Both the position numbers and the translations under genes were made by a program. Below are positions 19,471 to 29,228 of a stretch of 64,000 nt of DNA, piece after piece. The notes under the pieces were generated by a model. It was given only the letters and a program-made list of their open reading frames with translations. It had not been told where the DNA came from and ran no database searches. Source of the stretch: Epithemia pelagica (taxonomy: Eukaryota > Protista > Bacillariophyta); NCBI GenBank assembly GCA_946965045.2, contig OX337231.1, forward strand, positions 806,001-870,000, written 5' to 3'. Within the stretch, counting starts at the first letter, position 1, and the number at the start of each line of letters is the position of its first letter.

Positions 19471-22400
19471 CAGAGTGTTGGGTTGATTGATGATTCGGGT
19501 AACAGCGTATCTCCTTCTTCTAGAAAAAACGGTTCCTCTTACTTCTCATCTCTCTACCCTCCATCACCACCAATCGCACGAAGACAACCGATTACGATCC
19601 CTCCAGATCCAAGCAACATTCCTTTCCAAGTTCCAAGAGCTCCGACTCCGTTGATTCCCCAAGTCTTTTCTGATGAACGCCGAATCTCCTCCGCTGATGT
19701 AAAAGAAAAGATCTTACGATCGCCGCCAGCCCTATCTGAACCGACTGTCCCTTTCCAGAAAAGTTTCAAGACCAAAATTTTTGATCGACATAAGCCCGCC
19801 TCGACAGTTGCGAATTCTAATTCCCCCAAGACTGATTGCACGACCCAACCGATACTACGTCCCCCCAAGGATGAATCTCGGAGTTCCCTTTCCTTGGCTC
19901 TGCCTTCAAACCACTCTCCCGTACCAGCAACCGCAGAATTTATTCGGAACATCGAAGAAGCTTCTATTCGGAACCACGAGCAAGGCGATGTTCTATTGAC
20001 CCCCAAGCCTAACCAACAAATTCCTTTTGGTAAACCGCGATCGTTTGGCTCTCCGTCTCCTATCATCTCGTCTGATTTGACTGGAAGATCCCTCCAGCGG
20101 AATCTTTCCCGACTCGAATCTGAGATCGAACTTGGAGAATCCATGTTAGGTGAGTCTAACCCTGTTTGCCCCCAAGACCAATCTACCAACAACCACAACA
20201 ACCACTCCCTTGTTGACTTTCAAGGAGACAACCACTATCTACCAAATGACCCATCGCTAATCTTTACGAATAAGATACGGCGCCCACCACTAGCTACACC
20301 AACCCACACCCACAAGATTGACACCATCTTGGCCATCAGCAAGGAAGTTGTCCCAGCACCACTCCCTTCGCCATTCCAACACCAAACATCTTTCGAAGCA
20401 GCAAAGTTCAATTCGGAATTGATTGAACGATTTGACTTCGACCTCCAGAAACTGTTTGATGCACACCCAGGCACAACAATTAGTCCAGGATCCGAATTCC
20501 GACCCGTGAGCTCGATCGCCAGGCTCCTTCGTCACCACCCCTTTTGGGATCGCATCCAAGACACATTACGAAACGGTGCGAGTTACGATTTCAAACCACT
20601 ACCACCAGATATAAATCGTCAGTTTGAGAATGACGCAATTCTCGCATACGGTAACCACGCTTCAGCCCGAAAACGTCCTGAAGCATTGATCAAAGTTTGT
20701 AAGAAGGATACAAAATTCGGCTACTCCTTTCCCATTTCCTTCGACTGCGCTCGCCAGATCCAACAAGGCAGAGCCGGACCACTCGGTGTTGCTCAACACG
20801 CAGGTATTGATGAGCATGGCAACATTGTGATCAAAGACCGCTTAGCCCATGATCAGTCTTTCTCCCTCGGCTTTGCACCATCTCTGAATGACTTAGTCGA
20901 CGAATCTGAGTTGATTGATTTGGTATTTGGGTGGTGTCTTGATCGGATCATCCACCAGATTGTCGCGTTGAGACAGAAATTCCCAGACAAGCGTATCCTT
21001 GTTTGCAAGTTCGACTGGGGTTCTGCATACCGTCGCATCAACGGCGACGGTATCCTTGTAGCCAATACCATCACGACCAACATTAGTGGCGAGTTTGCAA
21101 ATCTCCTTACTCGTCTAACCTTTGGCGGCCGCCCACATCCGGCGATGTTCAGCGTCTTTTCGGAGGCATCCTGCGACCTCTGCAACGATGTTGCAGATTT
21201 GGACGAGTGGGACACCTCCGTTTGTCGCTCACCGCTTCAAGACTTGATGGGTGAAACCAAACGTCTCGATGACTCCGTTCCGTTTCACGCCGGCCAACCG
21301 ATGGCGGTAGATGTTGAGCCAAGACCCCAAGGATACCACGATGTGTATATTGACGACATGATACAATTATTTGTTGATTGTCGAGAGTATGCCGAACGCG
21401 CACCAGGCATCGTTCCACTAGTCCTTCACCTCCTCGTCAGACCATCCTCACCAAACGAGCCGATTGATCGTAACGACATTTTGGCCGAAGACAAAATGAA
21501 AGCGGAAGGAGCCCCATCGGAGGAGATGCGCGTCCTCGGTTGGCACATCGACACTCGTAGATTGTTAATGAAGCTGCCGTTCGACAAATTTACATGCTGG
21601 TCTCGCGAAGTCGAAGCGTGGATTGACCCGAAGAGAGTTTACGTCACTTTCAAGGAACTCGAGTCGATGTTGGGGAAGATGATTCATGCCTGCAAAGGCA
21701 TCCCCCTGGCTCTTTATCACACGAAACGAACACAAGAGCTCAAAGAGCACATTCTCAAAAAGCACCGCGCGAAATCAGGCCAATCACAACGTCAAAACAA
21801 AGAAACTCGCAACACACCATCAGCTCTGAACCAAGACCGCCCGAAACCTTGGTTCAGATACAAGATCCCAAAAGCAATCAAACAAGACCTCCGGATTTGG
21901 TCCAAACTGTTAGCCAAAGCGCACAAAGGAGTTAGTTTGAACCTTTTGACATGTCGCCGCCCGACAAACGTCGTCCTTGCGGACTCTTGCCCGTACGGAA
22001 TGGGCGGATTCTCTGTACGTACCGGCAAAGCATGGCATGTTCCCCTAGATCCTGAGATCTACGCACTTGCAGCCAACCCATCAGAGATGGAACGCGACGA
22101 ACTAGGCCAAGACCCAGACTTAAAACTCTCAAACAACCTTTTCGAGTTTGTCTGTCAGGTCGTCACGATCTGGGTTGATTGTTGCGACGGTGCCATCACC
22201 TCTGAATCATGTGTCCTTGGGTTATCGGACAGTGGCTCAGCGACGGGATGGATGCACAAGTCATCCTTTGGGTCAAACAAGCCAAACCACCAACGGGTTT
22301 CAGAGAAACTGACAGAGTTAGTGTTAGAGCACGACTTTCTACTTCACCCAGAGCACATTCCAGGGAAAACAAACGTGGTTACTGACCTTCTATCTCGAAC

Positions 22401-22503
22401 CTTTGATTGTTGTGACGAAACTCTCACCCAGCGTATCCACAATTTGTATCCTTCACAGATTCCCAAGAACTTCCGGATTTGCCCCCTACCCAGCGAAGTG
22501 TAG
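19471..22503 (+). CDS. Ngaro ORF2, reverse transcriptase + RNase H (start uncertain; in frame with ORF1)
   Basis: RT motifs KFDWGSAYRR, LTFGG and YIDDMI; RNase H motifs LADSC, FEFV, LSDS and HIPGKTNVVTDLLSR. First ATG is at 20143. Confidence 0.92.
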   Translation, partial: QSVGLIDDSGNSVSPSSRKNGSSYFSSLYPPSPPIARRQPITIPPDPSNIPFQVPRAPTPLIPQVFSDERRISSADVKEKILRSPPALSEPTVPFQKSFKTKIFDRHKPASTVANSNSPKTDCTTQPILRPPKDESRSSLSLALPSNHSPVPATAEFIRNIEEASIRNHEQGDVLLTPKPNQQIPFGKPRSFGSPSPIISSDLTGRSLQRNLSRLESEIELGESMLGESNPVCPQDQSTNNHNNHSLVDFQGDNHYLPNDPSLIFTNKIRRPPLATPTHTHKIDTILAISKEVVPAPLPSPFQHQTSFEAAKFNSELIERFDFDLQKLFDAHPGTTISPGSEFRPVSSIARLLRHHPFWDRIQDTLRNGASYDFKPLPPDINRQFENDAILAYGNHASARKRPEALIKVCKKDTKFGYSFPISFDCARQIQQGRAGPLGVAQHAGIDEHGNIVIKDRLAHDQSFSLGFAPSLNDLVDESELIDLVFGWCLDRIIHQIVALRQKFPDKRILVCKFDWGSAYRRINGDGILVANTITTNISGEFANLLTRLTFGGRPHPAMFSVFSEASCDLCNDVADLDEWDTSVCRSPLQDLMGETKRLDDSVPFHAGQPMAVDVEPRPQGYHDVYIDDMIQLFVDCREYAERAPGIVPLVLHLLVRPSSPNEPIDRNDILAEDKMKAEGAPSEEMRVLGWHIDTRRLLMKLPFDKFTCWSREVEAWIDPKRVYVTFKELESMLGKMIHACKGIPLALYHTKRTQELKEHILKKHRAKSGQSQRQNKETRNTPSALNQDRPKPWFRYKIPKAIKQDLRIWSKLLAKAHKGVSLNLLTCRRPTNVVLADSCPYGMGGFSVRTGKAWHVPLDPEIYALAANPSEMERDELGQDPDLKLSNNLFEFVCQVVTIWVDCCDGAITSESCVLGLSDSGSATGWMHKSSFGSNKPNHQRVSEKLTELVLEHDFLLHPEHIPGKTNVVTDLLSRTFDCCDETLTQRIHNLYPSQIPKNFRICPLPSEV

Positions 22504-22505
22504 TC

Positions 22506-23816
22506 ATGGATCTCATCCGTCGCACCGCTGCTGCGAGAATTTTCTTTGGACGCGTCGAATCGTCCAACGAAGCCATTGACAGGACGTGGCGTCGATGGCT
22601 CCAACACCTCGACCTCTTCTGTCTCCGCGACGAACCCTTTTTGGACGGCATCAAGACCGTTCGAACGCGATTGCAGATCGTCGGCACCTTCTTGCAACGA
22701 CTCCGAGATGGAGCTTTCACAAGAGGGGCTAAGGAGCCTCTTCGAGCATCAACTCTCGAAAAGGCCCTTAGCGACATGGCATCGCGCTTCCGGTATAACG
22801 ACCGGCCGAGCCCCTGCCACGTCCCGGGATGCAACCGGTATCACCCCATAATCGAGTCGTTGAAGAAAGCATGGTCTCAGATAGACCCCGAAGAAAAACG
22901 ACAAAAAGCAATTACACCTCGACACCTTCGCTTCATGTGGGAGTTTGCGACAAGGACCCATGGCGACATCGACCTCTCCACATTCGAGGCCTGCATCGCC
23001 GACTTAGCCCTCGCCGGATACTTCTTTGCAATGCGGAGTTGCGAGTACTCCACAGTAAAGCAGCGTGGCAAAACAAAGTTGCTGACGATTGGCAACATTT
23101 GCTTCAAACGCAACGACGAGTTGCGTTCCAAGATCAAACCGACCGACCCCGACTTCAACGAAAAAGCTTTCTTCGTTTCCATCACATTCACTCAACAAAA
23201 ATCAGACAAGAAATACGAAACAAGAACCCAAAGCCGAACTCACGACCCTGTCCTGTGCCCCGTTCGACTTTGGGGACGCATTGTCCGCCGCATCCTCCAT
23301 TATATGCCGGATGCGCCCCCAACAACGCCGGTTAATTGTTGGTTCGACCCACAACAACTGTCGACCAACACGCAACCAAAACCGAGATACATCCGCGCGG
23401 AAGACATCATAAAACTCCTTCGCTCCTCTTGCACAACAGGTGGTGGCCAAGCGATGTTCGGGTACCGACCGATGGAAATCGGCACCCATTCCCTCCGCTC
23501 AGGAGCAGCCATGGCGCTCTTTCTCGCTCACACCTCGGTCTTGAAAATCATGATCCTTGGCCGATGGTCGTCAGCAGCCTTTCTCCGGTACATCCGTCCA
23601 CAGGTGATGAAATGGACGGCCGGAATGTCAACAGCCATGCTAACAAATCCAGACTTTCGCCACGTCGACCCGGCCAACCAAACAACAATGGATCAAGGTG
23701 ACATCGACGCTATCCAATCCAACATCGAAGCAGCAATCGAGTCTCCTGAGGAAATCAAGTTCAATGGCTCCGTAGCATTCGGAACCTTTTCGACGCAGTT
23801 GAATCTGGAGTTTTGA
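22506..23816 (+). CDS. Ngaro ORF3, tyrosine recombinase (436 aa)
   Basis: Catalytic residues visible in FFAMRSCEY (R), THSLRSGAA (HxxR), GRWSS (W) and FLRYIR (Y). Confidence 0.93.
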   Translation: MDLIRRTAAARIFFGRVESSNEAIDRTWRRWLQHLDLFCLRDEPFLDGIKTVRTRLQIVGTFLQRLRDGAFTRGAKEPLRASTLEKALSDMASRFRYNDRPSPCHVPGCNRYHPIIESLKKAWSQIDPEEKRQKAITPRHLRFMWEFATRTHGDIDLSTFEACIADLALAGYFFAMRSCEYSTVKQRGKTKLLTIGNICFKRNDELRSKIKPTDPDFNEKAFFVSITFTQQKSDKKYETRTQSRTHDPVLCPVRLWGRIVRRILHYMPDAPPTTPVNCWFDPQQLSTNTQPKPRYIRAEDIIKLLRSSCTTGGGQAMFGYRPMEIGTHSLRSGAAMALFLAHTSVLKIMILGRWSSAAFLRYIRPQVMKWTAGMSTAMLTNPDFRHVDPANQTTMDQGDIDAIQSNIEAAIESPEEIKFNGSVAFGTFSTQLNLEF

Positions 23817-23870
23817 GAACAAGATCCAAATGAGTCTGACACTTCCGAGACGCATTCTTCTTCAATGGTG

Positions 23871-24017
23871 GTGGGAGCCATCTTGGTTCCTTCTGGGCCT
23901 TTCGGCAAACGTGTGTGTCTACATCCTAGCACTCTCTCCTACTAGCTACTGTGACGACCTCGCGACAACACAGACCGCTCCAACCTGCAGGATGTGTTCG
24001 CTGGGTCGATCCCCGCG
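23871..24017 (+). repeat. Ngaro repeat B1 (147 bp)
   Basis: Identical to B2 (24212-24358); overlaps A2 by the dinucleotide CG. Confidence 0.97.
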
Positions 24018-24195
24018 GTGTCTGTCGTGCGTACGTTGGAGCGGGGCAGTTGATCGCACATAGACTACGACAAGCCCCACCGGACTCGGACATCTCTGAT
24101 GCGATGTCCATGCTCACAATTCTTGAGATTGCGAGCATTGCAACTGCCATCTTGAGAGGTCTACACAGAGATAGATAGACTAAGACAATCGAAAA
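24016..24195 (+). repeat. Ngaro repeat A2 (180 bp)
   Basis: Copy of A1; followed by the 16-bp spacer TTCCCCTTTCCCGCCC. Confidence 0.97.
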
Positions 24196-24211
24196 TTCCC
24201 CTTTCCCGCCC

Positions 24212-24358
24212 GTGGGAGCCATCTTGGTTCCTTCTGGGCCTTTCGGCAAACGTGTGTGTCTACATCCTAGCACTCTCTCCTACTAGCTACTGTGACGACC
24301 TCGCGACAACACAGACCGCTCCAACCTGCAGGATGTGTTCGCTGGGTCGATCCCCGCG
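24212..24358 (+). repeat. Ngaro terminal repeat B2 (147 bp)
   Basis: Identical to B1; ends ...GATCCCCGCG. Confidence 0.97.
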
Positions 24359-24451
24359 ACGATCTTCACCTCGACAAAATGAAGAAGAATAGAACATCTC
24401 CCAGTCGTGGTAGCATGGGTAGCTTCTCTACGTGACGCAGCAATTGCAAGG

Positions 24452-26062
24452 ACCATGATACGCCCATCGGCTCTTGTTCAAGAATTTCGGAATGATAATG
24501 GAAGTCAATGGATTTCAAGATCATATGGGAGCGAGGGGGACATTCGCTCTTTCATTTATGCGGCTGTAAAGGATAGTATTTTTCTAGCAGAGGAAGCAGG
24601 TATCGTCAAACCCAACGAAGTATCTCCTAGGTTGGAACGGAGTCTTTTCGGGTGCCGCCCTGACATTCTGGTGATCTGAGGCGAGGATGGAATCGGATTG
24701 GCTGCAATCGAAGGGAAACAGCCTCTTAAGGGAGATGGCACGAAAAAGTTGATTCAGTATGAAAATATTGTCGGTCATGCCTATGACCAAGCTCAAGCCA
24801 TGAACGCTTTTGAAATTATGACGGTTGATGTTCCTTGCCCCAAAGCGTTAAGCGCTTAACGCTTTGGGGCAAGGAACATCGACCGTCGTAATTTCGTCAT
24901 TCGAGGAATCATGTCTTTGCTCCTTGGAGCCGGATGGTCTTTGCTCGGCTGGTGAACCGTCAAATCAACAGTTTGAAGACGAGGTGGTTGAGACCGAGAC
25001 GACGTCATATCAAGATTCGAATGTCTATGTGACTGAGACCAAGAAATCAGCGATGGGGTGTACTGGTACCCCTTCTAGAGCTCATGCTATTTGTCAAACG
25101 CATTCTCCTCCGGTATACAAATCTCCACAGACGCCCCCAGCAGTCTCCTTTGATCGTACTTATGATACTGGGTCGACAAAATCATTGCCATCAGCTAGTG
25201 CTGCAGGTGATTCCACCGGATCGACGAATGAGACAAGTTCGATGTCGACCTTTCTTGCTGAGCAAAGTCGAAAAGAAGATCGAACGTTATACTCTACAAC
25301 TGTACATGGACCACATGAGCTCGTTAGCATGTTGTATACCGCAATCAAGATTGCTAGATCGAAGAACAAAGAATCCACTACTGAGATCTTTAGGCTCGAG
25401 GCTAGTAAATCGCACGAGTTGCCAAAGGCACTTCGTGCTGTCAACGGTGAGAAAGAGAATTATTGCTGGGGAAAGTTGCGGGCCACACTGTGTAGCCGAA
25501 TCGTAAGTAAAAAACGTCAATCCGCGCAGATTCCGATTGACAGCAATGACGCAGACTCGTATTACATTATCGGAATTCTTGGTCACGGTTCAACCTCCAA
25601 CGTCTTTCAAGCTCTGACCTCGGATGGAGAGCACGTTGCCATCAAAGTTTCCGTCAAGAATTATAATGACCATGGTGAGATTCTCGACGAAAGTTCATTT
25701 CAGATGATTGCAAATGAAGCAGTGGAAAGGGAAAAGGAGCGACTCCTCAGCTTCTACCCAGAATTGTTCAAGGATAAAGTCATGACTGCAAAACTGTTTT
25801 GTCGACCATGCATTGTCGTGCCATTCATTCATCCTCTGACAAAGAGTGAACGAAAACATCATGCTACGTGGACAAGTATGAAACACCTTCTTCGTGAACA
25901 ATTTCTTCCGCGAAGACTTCGATACAAGCAGGACGACGAAAGCCAGAGAATCTTGCACCGCAGGACAAGAGTAGCTTTGTCGAAGACTCAATGGACAATT
26001 TCAAAGCTCGCATCGGCATTGATAGAGAAGAGAAGTGCCCTGTCTATGTCAAAGGAGACTAA
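24452..26062 (+). pseudogene. PD-(D/E)xK nuclease + kinase-fold gene, copy 3 (5'-truncated pseudogene of 6778-8823)
   Basis: Colinear with copy 2 but has TGA at 24677 (RPDILVI*GEDG), a palindromic insertion at 24812-24895, and a ~70-bp deletion at ~25952 that removes the RWxHVG...DLA kinase motifs. Confidence 0.9.
24812..24895. repeat. 84-bp loopless palindrome (42-bp arms)
   Basis: GAAATTATGACGGTTGATGTTCCTTGCCCCAAAGCGTTAAGC|GCTTAACGCTTTGGGGCAAGGAACATCGACCGTCGTAATTTC; 40/42 paired, and both mismatches are T/C. Confidence 0.95.
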
Positions 26063-26766
26063 TCAAGAATGTTCTGAGTTTGTGAATTTTAAGCAGACAA
26101 ATACGACAACCCTTTGGAATCCTGAGCTGACCAGGTCTCGTGACAAGATGAATAATGACCAACAATTTTCTTTCTGGTCCTCGAAGCCACTCTCGGTGGG
26201 CGGTCGACTTTTTGACGTCTCATGTGCCTATGAACGTTTTGCTCACGCATCATCGCAGATATAGCTAGAGTAATCATTCCGAGCCCTGGAGAATCCGCAC
26301 GTAGCCAAACCAACCGAACCTTCTTTTCCCGATAACAAAAGCATATGAAATCACCAGCAGCATCGCCTACCTAGGTAGCTGGGCTCGGTCTTTCCGATCC
26401 TGTAACTTGGTTTTGATCCTTTTCTGCCACACCTCCTTTGTTGTGCTTCTTGCCGACGCTCCTATGGTCTCTTCCATACCAGGACACCACGACTGGACAT
26501 CCATAGGAATCTCGAGTTATATCTGCGTGACGATTAGAAGAAGATTGAAGCAAAGTAAATATCTTTCTAAATCCTTGGTTTTATAATTAAAATAATCAAG
26601 AGCCTCGTGCACACACTGGTGCAGCTCAATGCATAAGAACATTCGAAAACATGTACCTCTCAATGGAAGAATAGACTAATCAAGACCCCTTCACACTTTG
26701 GTGCTCCTCATAATGCGTTCATTCTGTGGACACGTGTACCACCCTCATTGGACGAATGGAGAATAA

Positions 26767-29228
26767 TCATTGCTTGCCTTGGCTCTTGCGGAAGAAACAA
26801 GACCACACCAACCAACCGATAAAGGCCAACGCCACAAAGACGCCACCTCCCACAGAGGAGTACATCCAGATAGGTTCAACAACTTTGGAAGCGGATGCGC
26901 CCGACCCGAGATGGAGTCCAACATCAAACCCAGTGCTGGACCCGTCTTCTTCATCCACAGCGCCAGACATGCGACGAATGGCTCCACCCAATCGAGATCG
27001 CAAGTAGCGAGTTCCGCCGGAGGGCGTATGAAACTTGAGAAAGCATACACCAAGGGCAACCACATCGGCCGGGTCATCTTCGTTGAAAAAACCAGCCGCA
27101 AGGCGAACATAAATCACAGCAGTATCGCCGACTTGTTCCATCCTTGTATAGGGCTTGATGGCAGTTGTATTGCGGACAGCCGTCTGGGTCAACGAACCTT
27201 GACTCAACTTCAAACGTTGGATCCCAGCCACATTCACCGTCTCACTCTCTGACCGGACACAGATGCGCGCTTCTTCATGGGGCAACACCGGCTCGGAATT
27301 GCACGTTAAACTTGCATCGCACTGACAGGCACGCACGTCGTAGTCCAATGACACCTTGAGTTCAAAATCAACATTCGCACTCGATTCCACATCAATATTG
27401 GTCAAGTTGAATCGTTCCAATGTGTTCATCTCCACATACAACCGATTCAGTTCCGAAACAACCGGCACCAACTCGTCGTTCAGCATATCCACACGCAAAC
27501 AAAGCGACATCATGGCAGAGTTGTGCTTGATCTGCTTGTACACCGGGCTTTCTGAGATCGAAGTATGATTAATGTCGAGCCTGGCCTTCAAACGTTCTCG
27601 ACCAAGCGGACGGGCCTCGGTTCGGGGAAAGGATCTGATGAAACCAACATCCACCGGTGTCAGACAGTCCATCTCCATTACGGTAAACGAAAGCTGCTTG
27701 CCAGCATCGTATTCATACACAGCAATGATTTCTTGTTCCGATGCATTGTCCGTAAAGCTTGCCGAAATATCAACGACTTCAATGTCCAAATCAAAGTCAC
27801 CAATCTCGATCGACTCTTCAGTGGGTGCCGGAGTGGGTGGCTGCACATTTGGAACAGCGACACTGTCCACGGCTTGAACGACTTCTTGATTTGATGCATC
27901 CGTCGTCGCAAACACCAAACGATTCCCAGACAAGGCGAGACCAGTGCGTTCGGGATTGTTGCTGTCACTCATCCAGTTAATGGTGTATCCGTGTTGTTTC
28001 CAAACTCCCACTTCCAAATCAAACATGCGGATGCGGTTGGGTTGTTGATCCAGATCGACTGGCAAACGGACCGTCGTAGCAAACGCCACGCGAGTACCAC
28101 CATGGCTGAGTTGTACAGGGCCATTCATCAATTCGACTTGACTCGTCAACTCCCCCGACTTGATCCAACGACGGGTAAAGGGGAAGAAGGAATACATCTT
28201 GATGGAACTTTCCGATCCAAATACTCCAATACCATGACACGCAACCGCCAATGCTTGACCATTGCCACTCAAGGACAAACGATGACCCAATCGTTCACGG
28301 ACATGGTCTCCTTGAATCATGGAACCAACCAGGCGCCAACTCTGATCCGAACCACGATAATCGTAGACACCCACACTGCCACGATCCGTCAGCATACTGT
28401 CCTGACCTTCAAACCCAGGAGACGAAATCGCAACACGATTCCCAGAGGACGCCAGGGAGATTTCAAACCCAAACAAATCGCCCAGCGCAAAGCCTTTCAA
28501 GGATCCTTTGGCCTCCCATACATGTCCGTTGCGGTGAAAGAATAGGACTTGGCCTCGACGAGCGTCATAAAATTCGCAACTCATGGCCACCACATGACCA
28601 TTGGCCGAAATCGAAACATCGCGGCCATGAGAGTCTCCGCCACATGACAAATCATTGCCAATTTGTTCCCCCGAGTCCATCTTGTACACCTTGACCTTGG
28701 TACCTCGTTTCGACGTGTCTTTGCCACGCATAGCAATCGTCGATCCATCGGATGACATGGCGAAGGATTCGCCAATCTTGAAATAGGAATAACCGGGAAA
28801 GATACGGTACGTTTTCCAGGCGGTTCCGTTAAACTGATAGGTGTAAATAAGGCCATTGACGTAACCATAGGGATGTCCGACCGCCATCATGGAACCGTCG
28901 CTTGAGAGCGAAATGTCTTTGCCAAACCCAACTGGATCAGGAACATTGACGAGAGGAGTCAGCAAGGTATCTCCTGCTGCTTCAAAGCCATGATACGGCT
29001 GGAAAGACCACAGAATTTATGGTGAGCCATGACATTGAGAAGAAGCAGAGAGACAAGATACCATCGGAATGTTTTACTTACATTCGTCGCGGCCATGGTA
29101 GAGATTCTCTTTGTGATATTCGAAATGGAAGAAAAGTTGGAGCTCGATGACTTTTGTTTTTCGGATTGTTTGCTTGCAACTTTACCGATTGCAATTTTTA
29201 TGAGCACAAGAAGAGAGAGAGAGAGCAT
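26767..29228 (-). CDS. Cell-surface type I membrane protein with FG-GAP-like beta-propeller repeats, ~792 aa, one intron 28999-29081
   Basis: Signal peptide MLSLSLLVLIKIAIG; an 83-bp GTAAGT...CAG intron restores the frame; repeated FGxxxSLSxxGxxxAV motifs; Cys-containing membrane-proximal domain; C-terminal TM plus basic tail. Confidence 0.8.

Larger units (their letters stand above)
16440..24358 (+). mobile_element. Full-length Ngaro-type tyrosine-recombinase (DIRS-order) retrotransposon, 7919 bp
   Basis: Split direct repeats A1 (16440-16619), B1 (23871-24017), A2 (24016-24195) and B2 (24212-24358); gag, RT/RNase H and YR ORFs; no target-site duplication. Confidence 0.95.
24452..26509 (+). 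repeat. Right arm of the large inverted segmental duplication (partner 5902-8358)
   Basis: Colinear with 5902-8358 on the opposite strand, with the same homology end points. Confidence 0.9.

Noticed and set aside
23871-24358. CRISPR array or ordinary LTR pair
   Set aside because: The repeats are 147 and 180 bp in B-A-B order, matching Ngaro split direct repeats. There are no unique spacers, no TG...CA ends and no integrase.
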